A stretch of DNA of 60,755 nucleotides, counting the filler, from Sanchytrium tribonematis (taxonomy: Eukaryota): the NCBI GenBank assembly GCA_018985235.1. It is 5 parts of 5 records of this genome, joined end to end, with 100 filler letters (N's around TTAATTAATTAA, not from the genome) between each part and the next. Parts side by side here need not be neighbours in the genome. Positions count along the whole stretch, not along the records: positions 36,612 to 48,655 come from JADGIG010000231.1; positions 48,756 to 60,755 come from JADGIG010000232.1; 3 more parts are not named here. One strand, written 5' to 3'. Made by a program: the position numbers and the translations under genes. Numbering within the stretch: position 1 is the stretch's first letter; the number at the start of each line of letters is the position of its first letter. Shown here piece by piece: positions 47,053 to 56,815 of the stretch. The notes below the pieces were generated by a model. That model ran no database searches. It was not told the DNA's origin and saw nothing but the letters and a program-made list of their open reading frames with translations.

Positions 47053-47334
47053 GTGAATTTATCCATCAACAAACCAAAACAACAATTGGCTTATTTAGCA
47101 ACAATTGTAAGAGTGATTAGAGATAAGCAATATGACTTGGTTGTAGATGGTGAAGAAGAGAAGACATTTAGAGCACATGCAGGGCAGTTTTTGCCATTTA
47201 CAAATGATTTGGCAACAGATTGTGATATTGAGAATGTTGAAGTGATTGCAAATCAATTGCATCATTTAAAGGCACGTGGTCGGTTCTTATTGGTGGAAAA
47301 CACGTGCTGCGACAGGGAGAAACTTGAAAAATAA
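47053..47334 (+). pseudogene. Retrotransposon integrase C-terminal (SH3-like) fragment
   Basis: ATIVRVIRDKQYDLV...AHAGQF pattern. Confidence 0.35.
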
Positions 47335-48019
47335 AAATGACCTGGTATTTAATGCAAAAGGTTCAGGTCCTTGTCAAATGTATCCATAATCTTCTAAACT
47401 TGGATTCATTTTGACATTTTCCCCTTGTTTCTTGCAATTTCCTTCTAATTTCCAATCTGTTTATCACTTTATCTAAGTTTTGCTTTAAGAATTTTTTTTC
47501 AGTTGCATCATTTGTAGAAAGATCAATTAATTTTCGGAATTGAAATCGTCGTTTCACCTTTAAATCTGTCTTCTTTCATATTTTTAATTACTTAAGTGGT
47601 AGTTTTCGAGGTTGTTTTCAAATTTTCGCAACTTTGGATGTGCCATTGCCATCAAATTCACTTTCGCTACTATCACTATTTAAATACATTTGTTGACTTT
47701 GTTGATTATAACCATTCTCATTTACATCAGATCGCATATTCATGTCAGCGTTTTTCATTTTAACTGGCTTTTTCCGATTAAATTTTAAATCAATTTGGGA
47801 AACAAATTCCTCTGGTAAGTAAGTTGCAAATATGGACTTGCTTCCATAAAAGTTTTTTTTTCTTGTATCTGTCACTATTTTTATAATAATATCTAGACTT
47901 TTTGATATTATTACGTGGCTCTAATGGGACACCTTCTGCAGATCTGGGGGTGAATGAAAAATGGGATTTCTTGGGATCATTGGGTGAAATGCAGATTGGC
48001 TTGAGTGTGCTTCGTGGCT

Positions 48020-48655
48020 CTAATAGGGGACAAAGTATTTCTCTATTTCCTCTGCATCCATGAACTCGGTGTCCAGAACTACAGATTGAATGGAAGTCGG
48101 CACTTTGGGTGCGCCATCATGAGAGGATTGGGGATAATAGCCATAAGAGTATGGCTGTGCCAACCAGGTGAGGATGGGGGGTTTAACAGAGAGTGAGTCA
48201 GTCTGATTAATAAATCGTTGCCCAAATAAAATCTTTAGATCTGCCACTACTTTGTTGGTGACCACCCAGATTTGAACTGGAGTGGGGTTTGGTAGTATTC
48301 CATCTGGAACGGAGCCATCACGTAGCCAAGACTACGCTCGCCTAGCCCGTTGGCCAGAAGGACAATGCGGCTTTCATCATGGATCATCTTTGGGATGAGT
48401 CCAAATGAAGACGTGGTGGCATAGGACATGATGTTGATTTCTGCCCCTGTGTCCAATAGTATGACAGCAGGTTTATGGTTGATCAGGCCTCTAAACATTG
48501 GTTTAGAAGAGAAGTCAGGAGTAGGTGCCTCTAAGTGATGTATGAAGTCACTTAAAGGAGGATAGGCAGAGTGGGATTTACTGAGGAATCGACAAGGTTG
48601 TGTCTTTGGAGGGCGTTGGCTCACTTTCTGTCGATGAACCAGCGCAGCGCCAAAG
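48020..48655 (-). mobile_element. LTR-retrotransposon aspartic protease remnant
   Basis: AVILLDTGAEINIM, LANG, frameshifted ILFGQRF; higher GC than flanks. Confidence 0.75.
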
Positions 48656-48755
48656 NNNNNNNNNNNNNNNNNNNNNNNNNNNNNNNNNNNNNNNNNNNNT
48701 TAATTAATTAANNNNNNNNNNNNNNNNNNNNNNNNNNNNNNNNNNNNNNNNNNNN
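48656..48755. other. Artificial contig-joining spacer
   Basis: N-run with TTAATTAATTAA. Confidence 0.98.
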
Positions 48756-50443
48756 GGTGGAAATTTGCCAAATATTTTATGATCTGATTTGATTCTCAAA
48801 GTTACCAAGGCTGGTGGTAACCCCATTTTGCCAAATGTACCATTCAAGTGATAGCCTGCTGATGAGAAATCAATAAATCTAAATGGGATGCCGGTGACTT
48901 GTCCTGCTGTATTACAAGTGGCGTAATCAGAATTGCAACAATTTTTGGTAATTTTTTCAAACACATTTGGAGCAATTACATCTGCATTCATGGCTTTTGC
49001 GAAGTCAACTACATAGTCACAATCCGATGGTGTACTTGATACTGCTTGTTTCAATTGATTACTAGTACATCCTGTGATATTTGCCAATGAATTTGCATCT
49101 AAGTAATTCATTGATAAATCACACGATTGAATATTCACTACTCCGTAATCTTTAATCAAAGATGTGAAATAGTTATTGAATATTGTCAATAACTTCAAAG
49201 TCAAGCCAGTAATATTCAAAGTACCACTCAATAAATTGTTTTCCATTCCCAAATATTGCAAACTTTTGCAATTAGTCACATCTATAGTTCCATTAAGTCG
49301 ATTTTCATCAACATACAAGGATGTCAATGTGTCTGGCATTGGAATCAATGGTCCACTGATAACATTTCTATAAATATAAAAACTGTTCAAATTTGTAGTC
49401 AAGAATTCTCCAACTACTCTGCTAATCAGGTTCTCAAATATCTCAAAATACGTCACAGCGGATGGAATCAAGGATACATTTAATGTACCATATAATTTGG
49501 CATTGTACAAACTCATTCCCGTCACTCTACCAGCTGTACATGTCATATACGGATATGTGCAACAATTTGAATTTAATCTTTGGAATTTATCAGGAGATGT
49601 CTCAGGCATGTGTAATTCTCGAGCCATTTGAACAATCAATGCGCAATCCTCTGGTGCAGTTTGAAGTACAGCAACACTGTTTCCACATTTTGATGTCAAA
49701 TTTGCAGTCGTAGATATATCCATAAATGGATTGTCAAGGACGGTGCAGTCAGTTGGCAATGTTCAAAAATATAATGCAGTAAAATTGTTGTAATTTGCGT
49801 AAATACTTGTAACTTTGGTTTTTAATGTCAAACTACCACTAAAACTGTTTCTTTCTAGCCCGATTAAATCAATTTTAGGTGGTAATTCTGGTAGGACATC
49901 AGTAAACAAACAATCAGCCAATCCCAAAAAAGTCAAATTCATTGGCCAATCAGGTAATTTGGTGACCATTTTATCAAATTTCAAAGTTGTGAGTGAATCT
50001 GGCCATTTCGTATCTTGAATCAATTTTGAGAATCCCAAATACACATAGTTCAAACTTTGAGGCATCTCAGTTACATTCAATGTAACATAGGATGTAGTCA
50101 TTTGCAAATATGTCATATTGAATGGAATCTCATTCATCAGACCACCATAAAATTGATTCGAGTCTAAAACTTGTAAATACGGAGGAAGTACATAAATGGT
50201 CGTATTTGGCTCTTTCACAGTTTGGTACGAAGAACTTTGCATCGAATATCCATTGGTACTTGTCCATCTTAACTCTGTGACCCTGTCATTTTGACAAGTT
50301 ATTCCCGGCGTGCTGCAACAATCTGCTTCCATTTGCTGGTAAATGGTGGTATATTTCTGTTTGAAATTCAATTGTCGTGCTAGTTTTAACACTACTGGAC
50401 AATCAATTGAGATTGACGTTGCAAGTAGCAACGCGATCAACAT
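48756..50443 (-). CDS. Secreted/surface LRR protein with three Cys-capped modules; one in-frame TGA (49763-49765); 3' truncated
   Basis: Signal peptide MLIALLLATSIS; DC...CC...TC...(R/Q)VT cap three times; plant-type LxxNxLxG repeats; both ORFs in the same frame. Confidence 0.75.
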
Positions 50444-50611
50444 TTTAGATGGGTAATTTTGATTCAATCACTTTTTTACTGTGACTGTCCAATCAAATAA
50501 AGAGCTCCATGCCAACTTTGAGAGAATATTTGACGTTGGAATTTGACATGGTATGGGAGTCGGTAGCAAGGAGATTATTTTTTATTTTTTGAAACCTAAC
50601 CATATTTGCAA

Positions 50612-51115
50612 ATGTTATTTCATTTCATCATTTATGACAGACATTGCGCACCAGTATTCACTAAAAAGTATTTCAATGGTGAATATAATGTCAATGAGAC
50701 AGATTTACAGAAATTAATGTTTGGATTGGTCATTTCTCTCAAAAATACCATGAAGAAATTAAATTCTGAATATATTTGTCATGCCACAGATACATTTAAA
50801 TTACACTATTTTGAGACAGCTACTGGATATCGATTTGTATTAACCACGTCTCCAAATGATTCATTTATGACAAGTCCGAATTCAGCAACCACTGAAAGCC
50901 ATTTACGACAAAGTTTACAGTATATTTATACGCATTATTTTATGCCATATGTCATACTAAATCCACAACAAAAGATTAGTGCGCCCACGATTACTATGAA
51001 AGAGAGAAAACAGAAATATAAAGCAGGAATCAATTTATTGGATATGAGTCCATTGGTGACTTGTTCATTATTTGAAGAGAAAGTGGATGTCTATTTAAAG
51101 AGTCTGAGGCTGTGA
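50612..51115 (+). CDS. BET5: TRAPP complex subunit Bet5/TRAPPC1
   Basis: FIIYDRHC, KLMFGLVISLKN, KLHYFETATGYRFVL, YVILNP. Confidence 0.9.
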   Translation: MLFHFIIYDRHCAPVFTKKYFNGEYNVNETDLQKLMFGLVISLKNTMKKLNSEYICHATDTFKLHYFETATGYRFVLTTSPNDSFMTSPNSATTESHLRQSLQYIYTHYFMPYVILNPQQKISAPTITMKERKQKYKAGINLLDMSPLVTCSLFEEKVDVYLKSLRL

Positions 51116-51142
51116 TTTAATTCAAAATTAATAAATTTGAGA

Positions 51143-51520
51143 TTATTTATTTGAAGAGGTAAATTTAGTAACAGCTTTAGTTCCTTCAGAGACAGCATGT
51201 TTAGCTAATTCACCAGGTAGAATTAAACGAACAGATGTTTGTACTTCTCTAGATGTGATGGTGGATTTTTTGTTGTAAGCAGCCAATTTTGATGCTTCAT
51301 TTGCAATTCGTTCAAAGATGTCACCTACAAATGAGTTCATGATACCCATAGCTTTGTTGGAAATACCAGTATCTGGGTGCACTTGTTTTAATACCTTGTA
51401 AATATAAGTAGAATAAGTTTCTTTTCTAACCTTACGTCTTTTTGCTGGTCCATCGGATGTTTTCTTTGCTGCCTTTGCTGGTGCCTTTCCTGCTGGTTTC
51501 TTTTCTGCTTTAGGTGCCAT
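51143..51520 (-). CDS. HTB1: Histone H2B
   Basis: [23 protein letters not shown]...[19 protein letters not shown]. Confidence 0.98.
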   Translation of the reverse strand: MAPKAEKKPAGKAPAKAAKKTSDGPAKRRKVRKETYSTYIYKVLKQVHPDTGISNKAMGIMNSFVGDIFERIANEASKLAAYNKKSTITSREVQTSVRLILPGELAKHAVSEGTKAVTKFTSSNK

Positions 51521-51754
51521 TTGTTAGTGATGCAGGGGTGTTTGCTTATAAACCATTTTTACAACAGATGATTGGTGCATATCTTGAAAAATACTAATAA
51601 ATTGATCTGATTGGATAAAAACAGGAAAAGTAAAAGAGATATGTGATTGGATGGTGTGTGGCCAATCAATAAAGGCGCTTACTTTTTGAGTTTTAAGCCA
51701 ATCAAATCACAGTTTGACCCTTTATAAACAGTTTGGCGCCCCCAACTATAAAAA
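51521..51754. promoter_or_regulatory. Bidirectional H2A/H2B promoter: five CCAATCA boxes, two TATA boxes, one E2F-type site
   Basis: ATTGG at 51571, 51610, 51646; CCAAT at 51662, 51698; TATA at ~51546 and ~51723; TTTGGCGC at 51732-51739. Confidence 0.75.
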
Positions 51755-52168
51755 ATGGCAGGAGCAGGAAAAGGAGGAAAGAAAGAAGCAGCAGGTGGCA
51801 AAACTAAATCAAGATCTTCAAAGGCAGGTTTACAATTCCCAGTTGGTCGTATTCACAGATTATTAAGAAAAGGAAACTATGCCCAACGTATTGGTGCTGG
51901 TGCTCCAGTTTATTTGGCAGCCGTATTAGAATACTTAAGTGCTGAAATTCTTGAATTGGCAGGTAATGCAGCTAGAGATAATAAGAAAACCAGAATTATC
52001 CCAAGACATTTACAATTAGCCATCAGAAATGACGAAGAATTAAACAAATTACTCGGAAATGTTACCATTGCACAGGGAGGTGTGTTGCCAAATATCCACG
52101 CAGTTTTATTGCCAAAGAAAGTCAAGGGAGCTGGAAAAGGACCAGCTGATGAAAGTCAAGAATATTAA
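51755..52168 (+). CDS. HTA1: Histone H2A with H2A.X-type C-terminal SQEY
   Basis: [17 protein letters not shown]...[16 protein letters not shown]...SQEY. Confidence 0.98.
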   Translation: MAGAGKGGKKEAAGGKTKSRSSKAGLQFPVGRIHRLLRKGNYAQRIGAGAPVYLAAVLEYLSAEILELAGNAARDNKKTRIIPRHLQLAIRNDEELNKLLGNVTIAQGGVLPNIHAVLLPKKVKGAGKGPADESQEY

Positions 52169-52223
52169 TAAAAAGAAATTGTTTTTTTTTATTTTTAGTG
52201 ATATTTTTTGAAACAATCAAATA

Positions 52224-53085
52224 ATGCAGCGACTTCCATTTGATCAGGAATTGCGTCAATTAAAAAAGATTTTAAAGCAATATGAGAAGGAATTCTTTAA
52301 ATTCCATCGTCGTAAACCATCCAAATCCGATTGGACATCCTGTAGAAAAGCCCAATATAAAAGATACGATTATCTCAAACAGCGCATTGAAAATAAAACA
52401 GAAATGACTGATTTAGAGAAATTAGAATACATACCCAAATTAGCATTCAAATCTATGGATGAACCACCCACTAGAATAGTCACAACGACTAAAATAGAAA
52501 TACAAGCCACGCCTCATAAAAATAGAGAATTATTGAGTGTCAATGAGGAAGATATATTCATCACACCTACTAAACAGGACTCTGCTGTTATTTTGACACC
52601 TATTAAAAGCCAAGAAATTGAATTTATTCCTTGTTATTCCACTGAGAAACAATTACCTCAAATTTCAATGGCAAGTTCCCCAACTCCTATTAAATCCAAC
52701 TTACTATTTAGAACACCTCGAAAATCACTTAATTTATCCATTTCCAATGATATTAATTGGGCGGATTTGGATTCACCTTCAAAACCATGTGAAAATATAG
52801 AATTCAAAATTCCCGATGAATTTCTGTCTAAAGAGCTTAGAGCATTTCAGAAAGAATCAACTAGTGATCATAATGATGTCTCTAGTGACTTTGCGCCATC
52901 AGATCAAGGTATTTTAAACTTAATTAGAAAATGGATCTCCTACAAAAAAGAGGAAATTAAATAAACGAGCCAAGGCAAATAGAGTCATTAAATCATTGAG
53001 GGAGACTGAGGATAACGAGGTTTCCATTGTAAATAATAGAAAAATGACTAAAGTGTCCAATAATTACGTCAGATTCAAATTATAA
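52224..53085 (+). CDS. SLD2: Sld2/Drc1 (RecQL4 N-terminus-like) replication protein; 2 exons, ~280 aa
   Basis: LKQYEKEFFKFHRRKPSKSD...YKRYDYLK N-terminal domain; many TP/SP CDK sites; removing 52909-52927 adds the C-terminal VSNNYVRFKL motif. Confidence 0.75.
52909..52927 (+). other. 19-nt spliceosomal intron (gtattttaaacttaattag), phase 1
   Basis: GT..AG matching the consensus; excision opens a 52-codon exon ending in the Sld2-like NNYVR motif and TAA/AATAAA. Confidence 0.78.
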
Positions 53086-53129
53086 ATAAAACTTAATTCG
53101 GAATCTTTTCAAACAAGTCGGATTTCAAG

Positions 53130-54082
53130 ATGCCATTTGGTAAAATTGATTTATATACTCCAAAGTACTTTTACACGTGTAGTTTGGGAGGAGCTTTATG
53201 TTGTTCATTGACTCATTTTATAGTCACGCCATTAGATTTGATCAAATGTAGATTACAAGTCAATTCAAGCAGATATCCCACATTATGGAGTGGATTTAAA
53301 GACATTATACACACTAAGCAAGTATTTAGGGGTGGATTGAGTACATTATTGGGATATGGAGCACAGGGTAGCTTATTATTTGGCAATTATGAAATATTAA
53401 AACATTACATTTCTGAGCATGTTGGACATGAAAATGCTCATAAATATAGACCATTGATCTATTTAGCATCTTCCTTCATAGCAGAGACTATTGGTGATGT
53501 CGCATTGGCACCATTTGAAGCCATTAAAGTGCGAGTGCAAACAAATGATACATTTCCAAATAAGTTGATACCTGGATTGTCAGCCATATACAAACAAGAG
53601 GGCATGAATGGATTCTACAAGGGTTTTATGCCATTATGGAGTAGACAAGTACTTTATACGATGAGTAAATTCGTGGCATTCGAGAAAATTGTAGAAAACA
53701 TTTATTTGAAATTGGGTCAAAATAAAGAAGATGTCAGCAAATCCAAGCAATTAGGTATCTCATTTGTAGGTGGGTATATAGCAGGTGGTATTTGGTACTC
53801 ATTTTAGTATTTTGCGCAGTAGTTAGTCACCCAGCAGATGTTTTAGTAAGTAAAATGAACACAATCACCAAGTTAAAGAATGAAAGTAGCACTCAATTAC
53901 TAAGCAGAATCATAAAACAGCCTCAATTTAGTATGTGGACTGGTATTGGGACCAGGATATTGATGATTGGCAGTTTAACTGCAATTCAATGGTTAATTTA
54001 TGATACATTTAAAGTGGCTGTGGGTTTGCCAACGACTGGCGTATACAAGTATGAGAAGCCAATCGTCGCAGTTGATTTCTAA
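53130..54082 (+). CDS. Mitochondrial phosphate carrier; 2 exons, ~310 aa
   Basis: TPLDLIKCRLQV, APFEAIKVRVQT, SHPAD; removing 53788-53807 gives GGYIAG|VFCAVVSHPAD. Confidence 0.92.
53788..53807 (+). other. 20-nt spliceosomal intron (gtatttggtactcattttag), phase 1
   Basis: GT..AG; excision restores frame and the conserved third carrier repeat. Confidence 0.9.
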
Positions 54083-54155
54083 TCGTGACCTAATAAATCG
54101 TGAAATATTTTCGCCAAATGGCGGTTTTAAACATCCACCCCTCAAACACTAGAAA

Positions 54156-54530
54156 ATGCCTTTACTTCCACTTGAATTCGACAGCTCATTTAAAATACTA
54201 CTACAGAAGTTGCTCCACAAGATTATTGCTCGTGACAAAATGGCATTGTCCTCCATTTTACACTTATCTCGTCGCACATGCATTGATTGCCATCAAAAAT
54301 TCCCACGCAACTTTGAGTTCTGTAGACATCGAGCTAGTGCTCATGGTCGCAGTATTGTATGTTCATTATGCAAAGTACACTTAAAGGGTGCCGTACGTAA
54401 AGACACAAGAATCTTGCATTTATTACGCTGTGATCCATTCATCGAATTATGTATCGAGTCAGGCATTACTGAGGATGAACACATCAAAGTATCAGCACAC
54501 GTCCATGGCAATCGTATATTCCTCATGTGA
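54156..54530 (+). CDS. Small Cys/His-rich (zinc-finger-like) protein
   Basis: C..C...H...H and C..C...H...C patterns; CCC motif upstream, AATAAA at the stop. Confidence 0.55.
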   Translation: MPLLPLEFDSSFKILLQKLLHKIIARDKMALSSILHLSRRTCIDCHQKFPRNFEFCRHRASAHGRSIVCSLCKVHLKGAVRKDTRILHLLRCDPFIELCIESGITEDEHIKVSAHVHGNRIFLM

Positions 54531-54550
54531 ATAAATCACCATAAAATACA

Positions 54551-54817
54551 TTATTTACTCAAATGTCGTTTTTTATCATCATGCACGACTTGATTGCGTA
54601 ATTCCAACAACATCATTTCAATATCATTCAATTTTTCCAGTTTCTTGACATGAAATTCTTTTAATTTCATCTCCTGTTCATTTTTCATTTTAGTAAAATC
54701 TTCATCTATTTGCAAATGCCATGGATATAATACTGTCATTTGAAATGTTAATGCAGTAGTCGCTACTGCAAAATTGATATATGGTAGCATTTTAGAAAAG
54801 AATGAATGTCGTGGCAT
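54551..54817 (-). CDS. Small conserved fungal single-TM + coiled-coil protein
   Basis: INFAVATTALTFQMTVLYPWH..IDEDF resembles a small uncharacterised fungal family. Confidence 0.65.
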   Translation of the reverse strand: MPRHSFFSKMLPYINFAVATTALTFQMTVLYPWHLQIDEDFTKMKNEQEMKLKEFHVKKLEKLNDIEMMLLELRNQVVHDDKKRHLSK

Positions 54818-55083
54818 TCTAATGAATAATTTCAAGTTTCAGGAATTCCGAGCTTATTGTAAATTGTTCGGAATTGTATTTATTGATACATAATTACTAT
54901 CAAATTCCCTCATCATTTGGAGAAGAGAGGAAAAGGTGAGCGAAGGAATCAAAAGGTTCATAATCATTCCTCATTGGTTCCAATATGACATCATTTGATC
55001 ATCAAGGAGAATAACGTGATGTAATGACTTTAAAATGATGCCATTTCCATTAGATTCGCAATTCCATACAATCGGCTATTTAT

Positions 55084-56751
55084 TCATTCATTTCTACTGT
55101 TTCTTTCTCTTGTGACTTCTCTTAGAATCTCTAAATATTGTTCAATTCTCAATGTTTCTTTTTCGATATCAACCTCCATTTGCTTTAATTCATACTCTTT
55201 CTGCTGCAATTCATAGTCCAATGCCTCATTCTGTCTCAATGGTATATCGTTTCTTTTAGTATGTTCAGAATGCCATTGATCCAAATCTCCCAATTTCTTC
55301 TGCATTTCATCAAATTTTGCTTCTACTTCTTTCAATTCCTCATTCATTTTTGTAATTCGATCTAATTCTTGCTGTGCCACTTTCTCATCATGTGATGGTA
55401 CATGAGATATCCCGCTGTATTCGGGATGAGATGCTTTTTGCTGTCGTTGTTTGGCAATATATAATTTTCTTTGTGTTTTCTTTAATTCTTTGTCCAAATT
55501 CTGCAATTTCTTGTTTCTCTCATTCGTATCTTCGCTACTGGATTGTCCCACGCCCTTGAATCTTCTATTTTTACCTATAGCTCTTGTTTTTTGTGGCGAT
55601 TTTAAATGATTCATTGGATCAAATCCATCATATTTATCGTCATCTTCATGCTCATCTGCACTGTCATATTCCTCTTCACTTTGCAGTTCAGCATCTGTCT
55701 CTCCTTGTTCTGCGGTATCTTTATTGGATGGATCGAATAATTGATAATTACGCCTTTTGGGCATTTCTTGTGATTCAATACCCTCATTGGTTGCTTCGTT
55801 CCCCATATTAATTTCATCAAGTGCTGCTTTTCTATCATTCTCAATTCTACGACGTTTTTCCTTTGATTTTTGAAATTTGTAATATTTCATCAATTGATTT
55901 ACCAAATCATTCAATTGTTGCTGTGATGTATTCGGAAATCTTTTGGCCAACTCATTCATTGCGAGATCAGGATTGGATAAATCTACATACTTGACCAAAT
56001 TATGCAATTGCTTACGACTCAGTTTATTTCCATTTGGAAATTGTTGCGATGCTATTCTTTTCGTTGTTTTCTTTTTAGCTTTACTCAATTTCTCTATTCT
56101 ATTGAAATTAGGTAATACAAACTTATCAAATGGTAATTCTGGTTCTTCTGGATCAGTTTCTTCATTTGGTGCCACCACATTATTTCCTTTATTTTCTTTT
56201 GGATCTAATTCTTCTTCAATTGAATCAGGTTCTTCGTTTCCAAAATGTTTGCTTCCCAGCTTTTGACTGACAGCTTTCTCTCGATTCTTCATTTTTGAAG
56301 ATTTTTTTGTCAATTGCATATATTTCTCTAATTTAATTCGCAAATCTTCTAAATACTGATCTGATATTTTAGGATATCTTTGTCGTAATATATCCTTTAA
56401 AGTTGATTCAGATTTACCAAAATCTATTTTAGCAAGATCTTCCAATAAAATTGCCATTTTTTTACGTTGTTCCTTATTCTTTAATTGATAAGCTGTTTGA
56501 CTTGCCAAGTCAGAGCCAGGTCGTCCATTTCTTTGTCGTATTGGATTTTCCTTGATGCGATTTTTACTAATTTGTTCGGATCTGGCTTGTGATTCTTTTT
56601 TGCGCTGTCTTTTATTTGAAATACCTTCAAGACGTCTTTTGAACAATCCCAATCCAAATGCAATCCAAAGTACAATCAACATCAAACACGGATATATGAA
56701 GATGATGTCATTTGTTTTGAAAATGACGCCATCCAGCAAATATGGCATCAT
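55084..56751 (-). CDS. N-terminal TM-anchored, charged coiled-coil protein with a duplicated ~50-aa helical module
   Basis: 555-aa ORF; hydrophobic N-terminus; internal repeat. Confidence 0.7.
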   Translation of the reverse strand: MMPYLLDGVIFKTNDIIFIYPCLMLIVLWIAFGLGLFKRRLEGISNKRQRKKESQARSEQISKNRIKENPIRQRNGRPGSDLASQTAYQLKNKEQRKKMAILLEDLAKIDFGKSESTLKDILRQRYPKISDQYLEDLRIKLEKYMQLTKKSSKMKNREKAVSQKLGSKHFGNEEPDSIEEELDPKENKGNNVVAPNEETDPEEPELPFDKFVLPNFNRIEKLSKAKKKTTKRIASQQFPNGNKLSRKQLHNLVKYVDLSNPDLAMNELAKRFPNTSQQQLNDLVNQLMKYYKFQKSKEKRRRIENDRKAALDEINMGNEATNEGIESQEMPKRRNYQLFDPSNKDTAEQGETDAELQSEEEYDSADEHEDDDKYDGFDPMNHLKSPQKTRAIGKNRRFKGVGQSSSEDTNERNKKLQNLDKELKKTQRKLYIAKQRQQKASHPEYSGISHVPSHDEKVAQQELDRITKMNEELKEVEAKFDEMQKKLGDLDQWHSEHTKRNDIPLRQNEALDYELQQKEYELKQMEVDIEKETLRIEQYLEILREVTRERNSRNE

Positions 56752-56755
56752 CTGT

Positions 56756-56796
56756 CATATCACATGACACATCACATGGTACATCACATGATACAC
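56756..56796. repeat. Three ~12-nt tandem units containing ATCACATG immediately upstream of the 555-aa gene
   Basis: catatcacatga cacatcacatgg tacatcacatga. Confidence 0.6.
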
Positions 56797-56815
56797 CAAA
56801 TGTCAAAATTACAGT

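Noticed and set aside
12189..48755. Four N-runs containing TTAATTAATTAA at ~12-kb spacing
   Set aside because: Artificial six-frame-stop linkers. The complete contigs decrease in size (12072, 12051, 12044 nt), indicating length-sorted concatenation, so no synteny can be inferred across them.
53785..53807. Alternative 23-nt intron starting at the upstream GT (gtggta...)
   Set aside because: It would delete the conserved Gly of YIAGVFC and does not fit the GTA donor consensus
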